Source: Phoronis australis (taxonomy: Eukaryota; Animalia; Phoronida). Taken from it: 47,470 nucleotides of DNA. The DNA lies in assembly GCA_002633005.1 (NCBI GenBank), contig NMRA01000122.1:418708-466177 (forward strand), written 5' to 3'. A model generated the notes under the pieces. The model did not search any database and was not told where the DNA came from. It saw only the letters and a program-made list of their open reading frames with translations. The stretch's first letter is position 1. Every line of letters starts with the position of its first letter. A program made the translations under genes and the position numbers. Below are positions 1 through 12,744 of the stretch, piece after piece.

Positions 1-94
1 CCCCCCCGCCTTGTTTGGATGCTCCGCTGACAGAATCTCTTGTCATGCCCGAATTTCCTTCAATTTTGCCCGAACCTGGACGCCTATGAGAATG

Positions 95-260
95 CAGGAG
101 CGGATCCAGGATTTTGAGTTACGGGGGCCAGGGTAGAGTATTAACCAAGATTTTGCCCGTCAGACATTCACACCCCCGAACTGCCGAATGAAATCTGGGA
201 AAATTTTACGGGGGGCATGGCCCCTTTGTCCCCCCCCCCCACCCCTTAAATCTGCAACCG
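95..260 (+). mobile_element. PIF/Harbinger-type MITE copy
   Basis: Starts CAGGAGCGGATCCAGGATTTTG, has GGGGGCATGGCCCC and poly-C near a decayed 3' end; clearly homologous to the inverted copy at 9965-10101. Confidence 0.65.
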
Positions 261-1676
261 GTATGTGTCGAGTTCGACGGGAGCGGTTTGGCGAACGTGG
301 TCGCTGAGTCTAATCCAAACGTATCCGTCTGTGGTCTGCTCTCAGTGGGCCGTTAAACACTGTGGCACCTATCTAATAAATAAAGGCAATTACTTGGAGT
401 TGCAATTTTGAATGGGACTGTTGGGAACCCCAGGGTGCGGGGTATTGACCTAACCTGCTTATTAACGGACCTCTATCTTTTATGGTCACGATTATTGATT
501 CATTGACGGCAACCCACTGGGTTAATAGACTAATTCGGTGACACCTCACGCTCAGTTGATAAAGGAATAAAAGGCCTGGTTCATAACACCCTCGATTACC
601 CCAACCTTGAAGACACGTCCTGCGTGGTTTTTATTAACCCGAGTTATGTAATGGTTTGTATCGCCTAATGCTTTAGTTAATCCGGCCTTGTCAAAATTTC
701 GTTGATCAAGGTATTCACGAGCAGTTGGTATGTTGTATTGTTTTGGTAATGCAGTTTGCAGATACATATTTACCTGCCGAGAGGTCGGTCATTACAGAGA
801 GAGTACTACTGTTCATTCGTGTTAACAACCGTTTGGGGATCTTGATAAATGTCGCTACAAAACACGACTGTGCCTTTTTATGATCTACCAATGTAAAAAC
901 GATAAAGTTTATCGAATTACGTGTTAAGCATTTCAGTTTCACTATTCGGTTTGTCGAAACTCCGGGTAGAAACTGAACATGATAACACAAGGGTGTATCT
1001 TTTAAGTTGTTGTAAGTGAGCGAAAGTACAACGAAATGACGGCTGATCTCCAGGATATGTGCAGTTAATCCACATCGAAAACCAAACTTTGAGTTAACAG
1101 TCGAATGCAATGTAAATGATGAAGCAGCCCCATTGGGAAAAAACTGGTCTGCGTTCTTACAAAAAAACGATATTTAGTCACTTGATACCGAACAGGGTTG
1201 ACAAAATGTAGATGGATGGATGGATGGTCTGTTTTGACTCGTATTGCCAAATGACTATTTAAATACCCAATCACGTTGTTCAGCACATTTTGAATATTTT
1301 TTGTCCATCAGAAGGCACCTGATGCGCGAGTGCGTGATTAATTCCTGTTCCCACCGCTACATGTCGCCTTCGTATTCTGATGGCACACTCGCAGCACTAG
1401 GAACTGATTTGAGTAAAGTCTTATTTAAAGATTTCAACGAGATATTTTGTGTTTAAAAGGTTTTATGTGATTCAGTATAATTAAAATTATAAAACATTGC
1501 TGTGGACTCTTTCTTGTACAAACCGCAGGCATAGGGTATTGCATGACAAAACTGACATTTTGCTTCAAAATGGACTTTGCTTAATCATGCTAGGGTGAAA
1601 AATACCGACCGGGTCCATCCACGCATTTCGCAATTGTAACAGACGCACCATTTCATTTAGCCTGCCTCCCGTTCAG

Positions 1677-1760
1677 TAACGCTAGGACCTCGCTAAAAAG
1701 CAAGACTTCGCGAGATTACGTGAGAAATTGCCGTGTATTTTAAATGAGAACACGTGACTT
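1677..1760 (+). repeat. Dispersed old repeat (TCGCGAG-rich), copy 1
   Basis: ACCTCGC..GCAAGA..AGATT.CG.GAGA.ATTGCC.TGTATT aligns with the reverse complement of ~12745-12830. Confidence 0.55.
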
Positions 1761-2345
1761 TTAATAGGTTTGAAATCACGTTAAAATGCTCTAAAACAGT
1801 TGTCCCTTCCTGGTTATCTCTTCCTGGTTTTAGCTGGGTCCTAGCGTGGGTCCCAGCGTCTACTGATCGCACGCCAGCTTTGTACTTAGTCTAGTTTATG
1901 GAAGCCAACTTCGTGACAGGTGCCGGAACCGGGGCTATGCTATTTTTGAAGTCATACGGTATTACAGCAAGTCGGTTCAAATCAATAAGATTTCTGATAC
2001 TGAACATCCGTCTGGTACCTTCAAGGCTTAGTTGATGTGAAAACACAACATTGGTTTTCAGAGAACTTATGCAACATTGTATAAGGTGTTCGATATAAAT
2101 CTCCAGTTGCAGACGGTTATGTTACGTCATGATTGACCCGAGAAATGTCCGGGCAAAGGGAGGACATTCCCAGGTCGGGTGGTCATTCCCAGAGGTATGC
2201 CGGTATGCAGAGAATATTCACACCTGCAAATTACCTGACAGAATCTAAACACCCACTGATCAGTTGATTTAAGCGTGTCAATATTTTGTACAGAAACTCT
2301 ATGAATGCGCCAGGCAATTACATGTCACGAGCGTGGATTTGTAAA

Positions 2346-2480
2346 CATAGGCGGCGCGGCACTGAAAAACGTTGCCAGCCACCCTCCCTGTGGTGCACCG
2401 CTCATAGACCATGGGCGGCGCAGCGCTTAAAAAAGTGGGAGGCAATAGCCCCCAGCACCCTATGGTGCGCCGCCCATGGT
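2346..2480. mobile_element. Two adjacent tiny MITE-like units (Harbinger-type ends)
   Basis: Perfect 15-bp inverted repeat ACCATGGGCGGCGCA (2408-2422) / TGCGCCGCCCATGGT (2466-2480); a decayed sister unit CATAGGCGGCGC...GTGCACCGCTCATA at 2346-2406. Confidence 0.6.
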
Positions 2481-4276
2481 AAAGCTGAAGATTATAATCT
2501 TCTCTAATTGAGAATACTTGTGTTACATTTTTGGGGCATTTCCCTTGTCAGAGTGTTACCGTGAAACATCCTGCGAAACCAAATATAACTGAAAATGACC
2601 AAAGATTAAGTCGTATTTTACAAAATATTCAACAGCGCATGCATGTGCACAACACAGTTGAACTCATTCGTTGACATTCCACGCCTCAGTACACCAAATA
2701 AATCCTCCTGTTCCCTGACGTACAGACAGCGTCAGTCATCCTGCTAAATTATTCCGTTTATAACTTTTCGGAAATGGATCTTTGATCTGCGTGACCTTTG
2801 GTTCTTGATTCTGTCTGGGTTCTCGTCCATTTACAAGGGCTAAATTACTAACACGAGGGAAGGTTACTCTTCGTTGATCGTCCACTCGTTTTTGTGTGGA
2901 CTCGCATGCAGCAATCCGTAAAGCATGCGCACCATACAATTGTATTGCAATTGAAACTTTTGGGCAACAGATACAACATAGTCGCATCTCTTTTCTGGAG
3001 ATGATTCACCGCCTAACGTCGGATCCAGGGGTCTGATGACATGTAATGGTCTCCAAGTTGAAAGCTGAATTTTAACTGCAAAAAGAGCTGAATTGCTTTT
3101 GTTCGATTACACCCAATGATAAAAATCTAACTGTTGGTATCCCTAGGTTTACCAGCTGGATACGTCAAAAATCTTGAAATTTCGAAGTTACAGCACTGCA
3201 GAGCCATCGAGAAGGTGCAAAATATTAGGTTGCACGTGACCCCCTTCCTTCAGTGATTGTGTAGATGTGTATTTAATACACTTGTTGAACCTACCTGAAA
3301 CTGCCCAGTGCAAAAGATGAACTAATGACTCACTAATGAAAAGTACATTTTCTATCACTCAGGAATCAACTCTTATTATTTACACACGCAAACATGGAAA
3401 TGTCCCTCTTGAAAAAAGGGAATTGATTTTCGTCTGATTGCTGCTGTAAAAGCAATGTAAACTACATTGTACTTGTAGGTGGTTCATTGAGGGTATTATA
3501 TATTGACATAAATTCAGGTGACAACTTGGCACGTCTCGCGCAAGGGGCGCTAGAAAAGGCTTTTCAGCGAAAAATCGAACTTGCCCGGTTTATGTACACT
3601 AAACCTCCAATAAATAAGTCACGATCAACCCGTAGCTGTTTTGCTACTCTGTATGCGAACTGAATTCAATGTTTTAAGTGAATCATTATTCCAGGGAAGA
3701 GGGTAGTCAGTTCGTTATTATTGTGAACTTCCGACTAGTTTCATAGATTTTCGTACTCTCAGCTTGCCCGACAATAAGCTTATTGTTAGCGGAAAAGGTC
3801 AATGCGGATCAGATCCACGGGGCATGCGGTAAAGGAGGGCAACCCATGAAAGGCTTAACTTTGTAAAGCGACCGAGTGTGTGGACATTCAGTTAGTGTCA
3901 ACACATCGAAATAATTGTCGACAAAAGTTGAGCCGACCCCCGCCGACACCGAGACGAACTGTGAATGTATCAACTCTTGAGCTCCGGGGGACACCTTGTT
4001 ATTCTAAGCAAATTATGCGATCTATTGATGTGACCCTGTACGAAAACACACAGTTCACAAGTTCGTGTTCCCCTGGGTGTCGATTTGCACTGAATGTCTG
4101 AGTGAAACATTTTAACAGGAAATTCTGAAACCGTACACCCAAACGCCGCGAGGTTGACCGAAAATTGGTATTTTTACTTCAGGAGCAGTTAATCTCAGCT
4201 GAAAACCGAAGGTCGCGGGTCTTGCTAAAGCCAATTCGTCTACCATTATATCTAAATTGAGAGCTCGTGTCAAAAG

Positions 4277-5793
4277 TTTATTCCATGTAAGTGCGTGAAA
4301 AGAACATCAAATTTCGACAAAATAATTGATAGTAAATGTCAGCGTTCCGTTATGCATAACACGCACAATACGAGTCAGAAATAACACCCAGACATCTCTT
4401 CACTTCGCAAGTCTCGCGTTATGTAACATGCCATGCAAAATTGCACGAAACAATATATCACCCTAGACGCGTTGTGGACTAAAATCAATCGGAAAATCTT
4501 GCGGCCGAAACGCGACAGTCAGCCGCGACCGCAAACTATGAGTCACGGGCGACTTTTGAGTAAATCGGCGAGAAAGCCACAACTTCACAAATATTTCATT
4601 TGTCATTCGTACTCTGAATGCAAACAAATTGGTCGACCGCTGTACAGCAAGTATGCGGACAGCAAATGGCTTCGTTCAGAATGAAACATTGAATTTCTGC
4701 TTATTTTAATTTCTGCTGGATTAACTACCCGAAAGGTTAAACGCAACCGGCAGAGCTAAGGAACGTCAAAACCACATTGAATAGTTTGTACTCAGTTCTA
4801 CAAAAGGCCGCGCAAATTTATAGCGCTATTACGATCGGCTTCCCTCAGCGCTCCAATAACATTCAATATGAGATTGCCACTGCGAAAGCAGGCGCTGCAC
4901 TGGAAATGAAACTTCAACAAACACGTTTCGGTTTTATGAATTTTTTACTACAACACTGACGTAATATTATAACATTGAGGTCGTAGCAAACTTCACGTTT
5001 TGGTCGTTAACCAACCAGCTCACCAAATAACTTATCGCTGTACAGAATACGTCTATAAATATATATAGTACAAAACACAAGCGGATAGTACAGACGGACG
5101 TTCAAAGCGAAATAAACCACAAAGCGAGAGGTGTGACTGTCAACACGTGTTCGTTGTCCCAACACATTTCCAAAAAGTATAAAAAAGCTTGTTTTTGCCG
5201 GTCAAGTTCCAAACGAAAACGATATATTAAGAAAATTAAAATATGATAATATAAAATAACAGTATGGTATCTAACAAATTTACAAAACTCTTCCATCACA
5301 CAACTCGTACAAAACTATAAACACTGTTGAAAACCTCCTTCAAAATTTGTTTCTTAGAAAAATGTACAAAACTCCGAAAACATTCAACAGTATTTAGCCC
5401 TATGGAATATAGCATCAACAGCCTTTGACTCGTGTAACATTCGCATCTCCCAAAAGTTTAACAAAAAACAACTAACAGTTCAGGCATGATACTCACACAG
5501 ACTTCAAATGAGCCTTAGGCGGGAATTTCTCAACTGAATGCATAGTCCACAACAGGGTTGGTCCTACCTCCTAATATATATGATATTATTATAGGTCAGG
5601 TGTTATATAAATATACACAGAATTTACAAAATTAGAGCCTCCTCTGGTCCACGAATAAATAATATGATTTCTGTACAGTCTTATTTATATCACTTTAATT
5701 CAAGAGAGCATTGCAGGTTAGTCCAGCCCCTTCAATCCCTCGGATCACATCACGTTACGAACCGCCAACTTGTTACCTTGAACACGATCCTCA
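4277..5793 (-). other. Probable SoxC 3' UTR with candidate poly(A) signals
   Basis: U-rich on the minus strand (~5790-4950); ATTAAA near 5695 and 4707; first canonical AATAAA at 4282-4277. The true 3' end cannot be fixed from sequence. Confidence 0.5.
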
Positions 5794-6776
5794 TTACTGC
5801 ACAATAGTCACGAGACCCTGGTCTACGAGCCAGTCACTCTGAATCATCTCCGCAACCTCTGGAGTCGAGTAATCTGGGAACTCGAAATGTGATCCGTGCG
5901 TGCTGTTCAGCTCGAATGTAAAGTCCGTGTCAGCTAGCTTTCCTATGTCTAAATTGCCGAGTTCGTATTGCCAGTTGGATGGAAGCTGCAGAATGTCCGT
6001 TAAATTGTCAAGGTCTGTGAGCGTTGTTACTTCCTGCTGTTGATGATGTTGCTGTGACTGGTGTTGCGGCTGTTGTTGGACCTGCATGTGCTGGACGGGC
6101 TCGGGGATATGTGTGTATGGTGGTAACTCCTGTTTCACACTGACGGCTGCAGTGAAACATGAATCGGGAGATGTGACTGGGCTGTACGCGTCATCGGAAT
6201 AGAAACTCGCCGATTCCGGAGATGCTGCCATATCCATGGAGGGACTCGACGGCACTTTAGCTGGTGGCGTCATCTGTTGGGAGCAGATGGGCACGTACTG
6301 GCTGGCATCAATAGTATCCTTGGTCAATCTCAGTTTGAGACGGTTTGCACTGTCCCGGGCATTTAGAGTATTATTGTTGCTCATGTGGCTGTTGTTATTA
6401 AGTAATCCCTGAGAGTTCAGCTTGGAACTGAATGAGCGGTTCCTCTGGCGCTCTGTCTTTTTCGCAGCACTCGAGGATTTTTGCACTTTGCCACTAGAGA
6501 CACCTTCCTTGGCAGCAGCAGCAGGCTTCACCTTCTTACGGGGACGGTATTTGTAGTCGGGGTACTCCTGCATGTGTAGGATTCTTAGGCGCTCGGCTTC
6601 CTCAATAAAAGGTTGACGTGATTCTTCTGACAAGAGCTTCCATCTTTTTCCCAGACGCTTTGAGATCTCAGCATTATGCAGGTCAGGGGTGACTTCCGAT
6701 ATCTTGCGTCTCTCCATTTGGCTCCAGACCATGAAAGCATTCATGGGCCGCTTGACATGGTTGGAAGACTTCTTGC
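5794..6776 (-). CDS. SoxC: SoxC coding exon 2 (HMG box, S/P/Q-rich linker, C-terminal transactivation domain)
   Basis: Acceptor ttgtttatttttAG|GC at 6777/6776; open frame to TAA at 5794; extends the 316-aa ORF of the track upstream to [10 protein letters not shown]. Confidence 0.96.
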
Positions 6777-7422
6777 CTAAAAATAAACAAGCAAACAGTT
6801 ACTATGTGACATGACCACCTCATTCTGGCTGTGTGAAATGATATGATGTAAATGCCATTTGAACACATATTTTATTGTGGAAAACTACCCAATGTCATAA
6901 ACTTGACTTCAAATAAACTTTACCTAACTTCATTTTTTCTTGACACATGAAGTTATGCCATCTAGCGAGTAGACATGAAGTTAAAGGAATAAACACGTGT
7001 GTGCCGAAGAGTTGTAAATACAACGTGGAACATTACAACAGTCAAAGTTGACAACAAGACACTGAAAGTTATCAAAATCAAGATCGATTGAGCTAGGGAT
7101 TTGAAATCGCGATATAGTAAACTTATCAGGAAGGAATTTCCCTCGTCAACACTTGCCAACAGCAGTGATAAATTCGCAAAGCATGACTCAGAATACGGTG
7201 ATAGTAAACATGGAATTTCTACCCTGGGTGCTCCACAGCTGTAAGATCGACAATTACAAATCGTATGCACATTACGAACGAACGTGATAAGTTCAACCCA
7301 GTATGTTTCGTGCACTTACATTGAGTGGCATCTGAGTACGGTGTTGAAGTCCTGGGGTTTATGAGCTGGGATCCAAAAGTGATTCCGTTTCGGTTTGCGG
7401 CTGACACGCTTTGAGGCAACAT
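5794..7422 (-). CDS. SoxC: SoxC (Sox4/11/12-like) HMG-box transcription factor; spliced CDS join(7422..7320, 6776..5794), 361 aa
   Basis: Exon 1 MLPQS...[19 protein letters not shown] joins exon 2 through a phase-1 GT-AG intron to give [28 protein letters not shown]...[11 protein letters not shown] (Sox HMG box, ~6759-6541). The C-terminal [21 protein letters not shown] matches the SoxC-specific transactivation domain. 103+983=1086 nt in frame, ending in TAA followed by TGA. Confidence 0.96.
6777..7319 (-). other. SoxC intron (543 nt, phase 1, GT-AG)
   Basis: GTAAGT donor and T-rich tract plus TAG acceptor; splicing restores the frame (T|GC = Cys). Confidence 0.9.
7320..7422 (-). CDS. SoxC: SoxC coding exon 1
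   Basis: ATG at 7422 with purine at -3; invertebrate SoxC-type TPYSDATQC motif; donor T|GTAAGT at 7320/7319. Confidence 0.9.
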
Positions 7423-7544
7423 TTCGACATATAAACGTAATAAAAACTATACAGCTAAGTACAAAATGCAAAAACTATTGAACGGTCGAAGATAAATTCG
7501 TTCTGAGACTTCGACACGTTTGTGACTCTCAGAAGGAAGACGAC

Positions 7545-7680
7545 TAAACTATCTGAAACAGCGTGGGTCCAAGTTTATATTGCGATGTGTTCAACACGTG
7601 ACTCATCCAGTACACCAATTGACTCGCTTAGTCCCGCCTACTTATTGATGATTGGTTGTAATGAGCCGGAGGCGGTGCGT
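7545..7680 (-). promoter_or_regulatory. SoxC core/proximal promoter
   Basis: Minus-strand TATAAA at 7579-7574, Inr-like sequence ~30 nt downstream (~7550), E-box GTCACGTG 7602-7595, CCAAT boxes at 7615-7619 and 7655-7651, GC box GGCGGG 7638-7633; ~150 nt upstream of the ATG. Confidence 0.7.
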
Positions 7681-9964
7681 TCATCGTGCAGTTGTAAATA
7701 CACAACCGGTGTGCAAGCTGGATGTCGCAGATGGCTTGAATTTCGATATTTTCTTAACACCCGGCAAATATTTCCTTTGAATTACCGTTGAATACACGAA
7801 AATGGCTAAATGTGTAATCGCTGACTAGGGAAATGATGCTGCTGTTCCACATGAAATTTCGCATGACCATAATTTGTTTCCAACAAGAATCTAATTACAA
7901 CGCATTACCAAGACAACGAACCGACAGACATCTTTTCTGCTAAAAACATTTGTTTAAAAACGTGTCATGGCCAAACTCATCGCCATATATGTTGCGTCGT
8001 GTAAATCCGACACCGCTTTTTAATTGTGTTCGCGAGGACTTCCAAAGGCCACGTGTTATTCTATCTCCGATCATTTATATAGATTTCCGATAAGTTTTCT
8101 ATTCGTCTGAGATCTGTCGCAGATGACTGGGCGACGCGCAGCGTAACCCTAATTAAGGGGCGGATCTCGGCGCGTGTCTCTTTATGTGACATATCGTGAC
8201 AACATGCGGCGATTCCGGCAAGCCACGCGTTCGCCTATTGAAAATCGCTCGAGTGTTCACAGCGAAAAAGTGAATGATCGCCAAATAGATTACAAATTCT
8301 GTAAATTTATTGTGGGAAATTTATGCACATAAATTTCATGAACTTTGATACAACAGAGACACGAACTACCTCCTTTGCACGATAATAGGGAGTGTGATAT
8401 TATGTTACTCGGATGGTTTCTCTGCGCTATCGTTTTTTGTTATAACTTTTAATACAGAGAAAGTCAACACTTTTGTTAATCCGCCATTTTAACATATACA
8501 TAACACGAAGATGATACATGACCACCTTTATAACAACAGAGACAACTTGGGCTGCCACATATATTGGAGGCTGACAGTGTCACCTTGAGCCTAATTCTTT
8601 CGTTTTTAACAAATAGGTCTACAGCATGAGACTCTGGTATCAGTTATGGTTTATAGATATACTGTAGAAACAGACTAATAGCAGTCTATGGTTTCAACAA
8701 TCCTACCAATGTTCACAAAATATCCTCACAAGCTGCAAATGTCGTTGCAAGAGGACACTCACGCAATCTAATTTCATCAACTTTTACATATTTCACCGTA
8801 TTATCAACCGGGACGAGAATCCTCTCGAAACCTCTCAACATTTTTGTGATGTTTTGGCGCATATGTTCCATCGTCTCCGTCAAGCTAATCAATGGTTGTT
8901 TTTGACACGTTTCGAGACACGAGTTGTAAGAAGCAAGGGCCACTTCCGCGCATCAATTACAAAAACATCCAGATAAACCGGGCGACATACTCGCTAAATG
9001 CCAGCGAGCGTGCGTACAGTAGCCGAAATACAGCACAATTGGAAATTAATTTCTCAAACGCTGTTTGGACAGCCGGTCAAATTGGTCCTAACACAGATTA
9101 ATGTTACAAAGTTGTGTTCAAATTTCTTAAATTGGACGGTACTTTGATCGCGCACTAGCCAATGTCTGAAGCGTTCGTTGAGCCAAAACATGTCTACGAC
9201 AGTGTACATACCCAGCGCCATACCCTCTTTTATACCGTGCGTGTCACCATATTGGTATCCGGTTGCTAAATCGGACACAGACATTTTCCAAATGTTTTAT
9301 GGACCGAAGAAAGCACTTCACACCATTTTAAAAATAAGCGTTTGGTTGCAAGACTAAATAGGCCTTATTTAGGAATGAATGAGGCGTTTGTTTTTTCAAC
9401 ATTCATCCTTCTGAATTTCCGTGACTTAATCTGAGTTTCCATGACGATCTCGGTGCTTTATGTCAATCTCAACTTTTAATGCCAAGACTACAACACAATT
9501 CCACTAGGTATGGGTATGTCGACTCTCTAACAATGTGTGGTTCAGTCAACTGAGACATCAACAGCAGGACATAAACCTGAAGTGCAGGCCCTACTGAGTG
9601 AATTAACATTGTGCGGACGGGAAACTCTTAAACATCGACACTGACCAATGAAACACTCATGTCCATGTAATGCCGGAAAACGCTTTATGAGGAATAGGTT
9701 TCACTGTTATGGAACCGTCCATGCTTTTTCACCGAGGATTAGGCGCTTTTTGGATTCGTTTCTGGATAAATCCCACCAGCGCTTTATCCTGAACGACGCT
9801 TTAAAACAAATTATCGGAAGCCACATCGTCCCTGGCAATTTCTTCGCGCATTTCGCCGGTGTTTATCTGCCAATATTAATCATTAATCAAAGCGCCTATC
9901 CGATCTTGAATTGTTGCCGAATGAACAGACAGCTCAAGTCGTCTAGTCACAGGTAATGCGTACT

Positions 9965-10101
9965 TGGGGGCCATGCCCCCCCTAAAATTCTCCCAGATTC
10001 CATTTTGCAGTTCGGGGCTGCGAACGTCTGACGGGCAAAATCCTGGCTAATACTCTGCCCTGCCCCCTCCCCCTTAACTCAAAATCCTGGATCCGCCCCT
10101 G
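9965..10101 (-). mobile_element. Second, truncated copy of the same Harbinger-type MITE
   Basis: Reverse complement reads CAGGGGCGGATCCAGGATTTTGAGTTA...AGAGTATTAGCCAGGATTTTGCCCGTCAGAC...GGGGGGCATGGCCCC, collinear with 95-225. Confidence 0.7.
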
Positions 10102-11448
10102 GCACCATTTTCGAATTCGATATTTTAGGGTTCACCGTTGGCCAACCCCAATACTTAACTCTAAACCATTTCCTTGAGTACTGTGGATGATGGTTTCGAT
10201 GTTCTTGTGAGTAACGAAAACAGACTCCTGTCATGCTACGGGATATTGTGAGACCGATTTTATGAGAACAAAAAATATTCGATTTTCGCTTTTGCCAACT
10301 AAACAGGGTGAAACTCAGCTTTAATTTTATGATAATTGGAACCAAACTTCTAAATTGGCATTTTGTCTGAAAACAAAACAGATGCTGTGGCAACGTCTCT
10401 TCACGGACGAACCATATGCGCTTTAAGATATTCTCGAACCATGTGGAAATGACGACGAACAAGTGACGTGCACAGCTTTTATGAAATGTGCAATTAACGG
10501 CGAAGCCCCAACTTTGCTAATTCGTCGTCCTCGTCTCTCCAGAAACGTTTAGGCAATCACGACCAATTTACAAAACATATTCTGCCTTCATTATTTATAT
10601 TTCTGGAAGCATAATTGACGCTTTCCGCTTAATTATCCATGAACTTGTTGTGTAATAATATACAAAGCGAACAAGTGTGAATATTAGTCATGGTGTAGGC
10701 TCAATGCGATTTGGGAGCACGAAAAGAATGCTACGTTGACACCCTAGCCGGTCGAGATTGCGCAACTCGACCGGTTTGCTCATCTCAGAATCTGCAATTT
10801 TAGAACAAAGACACCATGCTGTTGAGGTTAATTAAATCGCCTCAGGCTGCTGATATTATCTTTTTTTAGATAAAAAACACACTAAGGGTGACAAAAGTAA
10901 TATTAAATGTCGTCTAAATAGCATATTTGAATAGTTCGTGAAAAGAACACGTGATTAGGTTTTTAAATTTTGAAAATAGGTCAAGAAATGTGACTTTTAC
11001 AGCATAAAGCGTTTGTTTAATGTTGCAATAATATTTTCTTCATTAATTCTGCTGGGTGTGCAACTTAATTGGACCAATTATGAAACCACCAGAAAGAAGT
11101 TGGATTTTGAGGTAAGCCATGTGTCATCGTACAATTCTTGACATAAGAATAGTTGATCACCAATCACAACTATTCTGTCTTCATAACAAAGTCTTTTGTC
11201 AAGATTGTAATGCTATGTTATTATGAGGTATTTCAAAATGAAGACTTCCATGTAGTGTTTTCGTCATCCAACGTCTTAGAGTTTTCTCGAACTTTGACCA
11301 ACGAAAAAGATTGGTCACTGCAATCGCCTAAATTTACGTTATAAAATTCTACAAATAATATGAACGTAAGCAAGACTTTGTGTCTGCAAAAATTATTAGA
11401 CAAGAATGTCTGAAACCAAAAGGTTACCAATATTTTTAGGGGATAGCT

Positions 11449-11493
11449 TCATCGTCATCATCATCATCGTCGTCGTCGTCGTCATTGTCATCA
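11449..11493. repeat. (TCA/TCG)n trinucleotide microsatellite
   Basis: tcatcgtcatcatcatcatcgtcgtcgtcgtcgtcattgtcatca. Confidence 0.85.
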
Positions 11494-12744
11494 CTAGGAC
11501 ATTTTTATCCAAAAATAATATTAATTATGCCGTAGATCAGATGGAAAGTACTCATAAGTGCAATTTAATTTGAATTCCCATTCAAAACAATTGAAGACGA
11601 AAGGTAATCATAATATGTAACAGTTATCTTTATAAGGTTCTTACCACGATTCATTTAGAGACTTGCGCTACACAAGGGCGCGTAAACAAGAGTAAGCGAG
11701 GTTTGAAACCCTCGTCTCGAACGGATTTTCTTTTTTTTAAGGAGTAAACAACTAAAAATTTACTGCACCACCGATTCGATTTTCAAAAAAAATACAGAGA
11801 CCAGAACCAATTATGCTTTTGGTGCTAGTGATCAAATGCAGTGATGGTGATCGCTTTTCATTTTGAATTTTGAAACTTTGGCCTAAACATTTCACTAAAA
11901 CGCTGAGTGACATTACTTGCCGTAACTAAACAAAAGGGATGCATTACCGTCTACTCTCCGGGTACTATCTGGAAGAAAATTCACAACCCAACATAGGGGG
12001 TATTTTTGTAGGAAAGTGCTAGATGCAATAGTCAGAAATGATAAAACTAGTTACGTAACAACTCCACACGATGACCCCCTAAAGAGAGACTGAGCCCGCC
12101 GGGCGTTTTGTTAAAACAAAGTAGTCTCCACGAACACTCCCATACGTAGACAAAAGCATGCTATTAATTTCAACTCAAAACAAAGGCTCAGTATCAGAAA
12201 CTCGGACAATATTCACAGGATACTAGTATGTCCAGCCCCTGTCTGACCACTGAGAGGCCCATAGGGCAAACAGATCGATTATAGACAATGTGCCAATTTG
12301 TAATTAAGGACACGCGAGGTTGACGTGACGAGTTTAGAGGAATCAATGGTGTGAAATATGATCAAGCAATAGCCTTTGGTCCGAGGAGTTAATGCTTATT
12401 ATTAATGGTTTCGTAAGGTTTTCTAATTGCTTGGGAGATTTTCGACGAATTATGTGGCCCTCATGGGCAAATTTGCACACATCTCGAGAATTATTTTTCT
12501 GCAATGCTGGACAAATAGATGTGAGTATTACGTTTTCTATCCCTCGCGAGTTGATACAGGGTCGCGCCACGCCAGTTTAACACCATTATTCGCGAAGGCA
12601 AGCATCCAAGTCATAATATAAGAAAAGATTCGTAAGTCAAAATTTCCAACCTTACGGTCAAAATCAACTTGAAACCTCAGCTGGAGTCCCCGACGACAAC
12701 TTCCAAACGATAAACCTTTCCTGATGCTCTCGCGAGGGGAGCTA

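Noticed and set aside
262-384. SINE 3' end (GGCCGTTAAAC...AATAAATAAA)
   Set aside because: Plausible, but no pol III head and no second copy in the window.
4190-4201. TAATCTCAGCTG matching the 5' part of miR-216
   Set aside because: Match stops after 12 nt and there is no pre-miRNA hairpin.
6683-7315. ORFs 6683-6868 and 6962-7315 as separate genes
   Set aside because: They lie in or overlap the SoxC intron and exon 2 and have no protein-like features.
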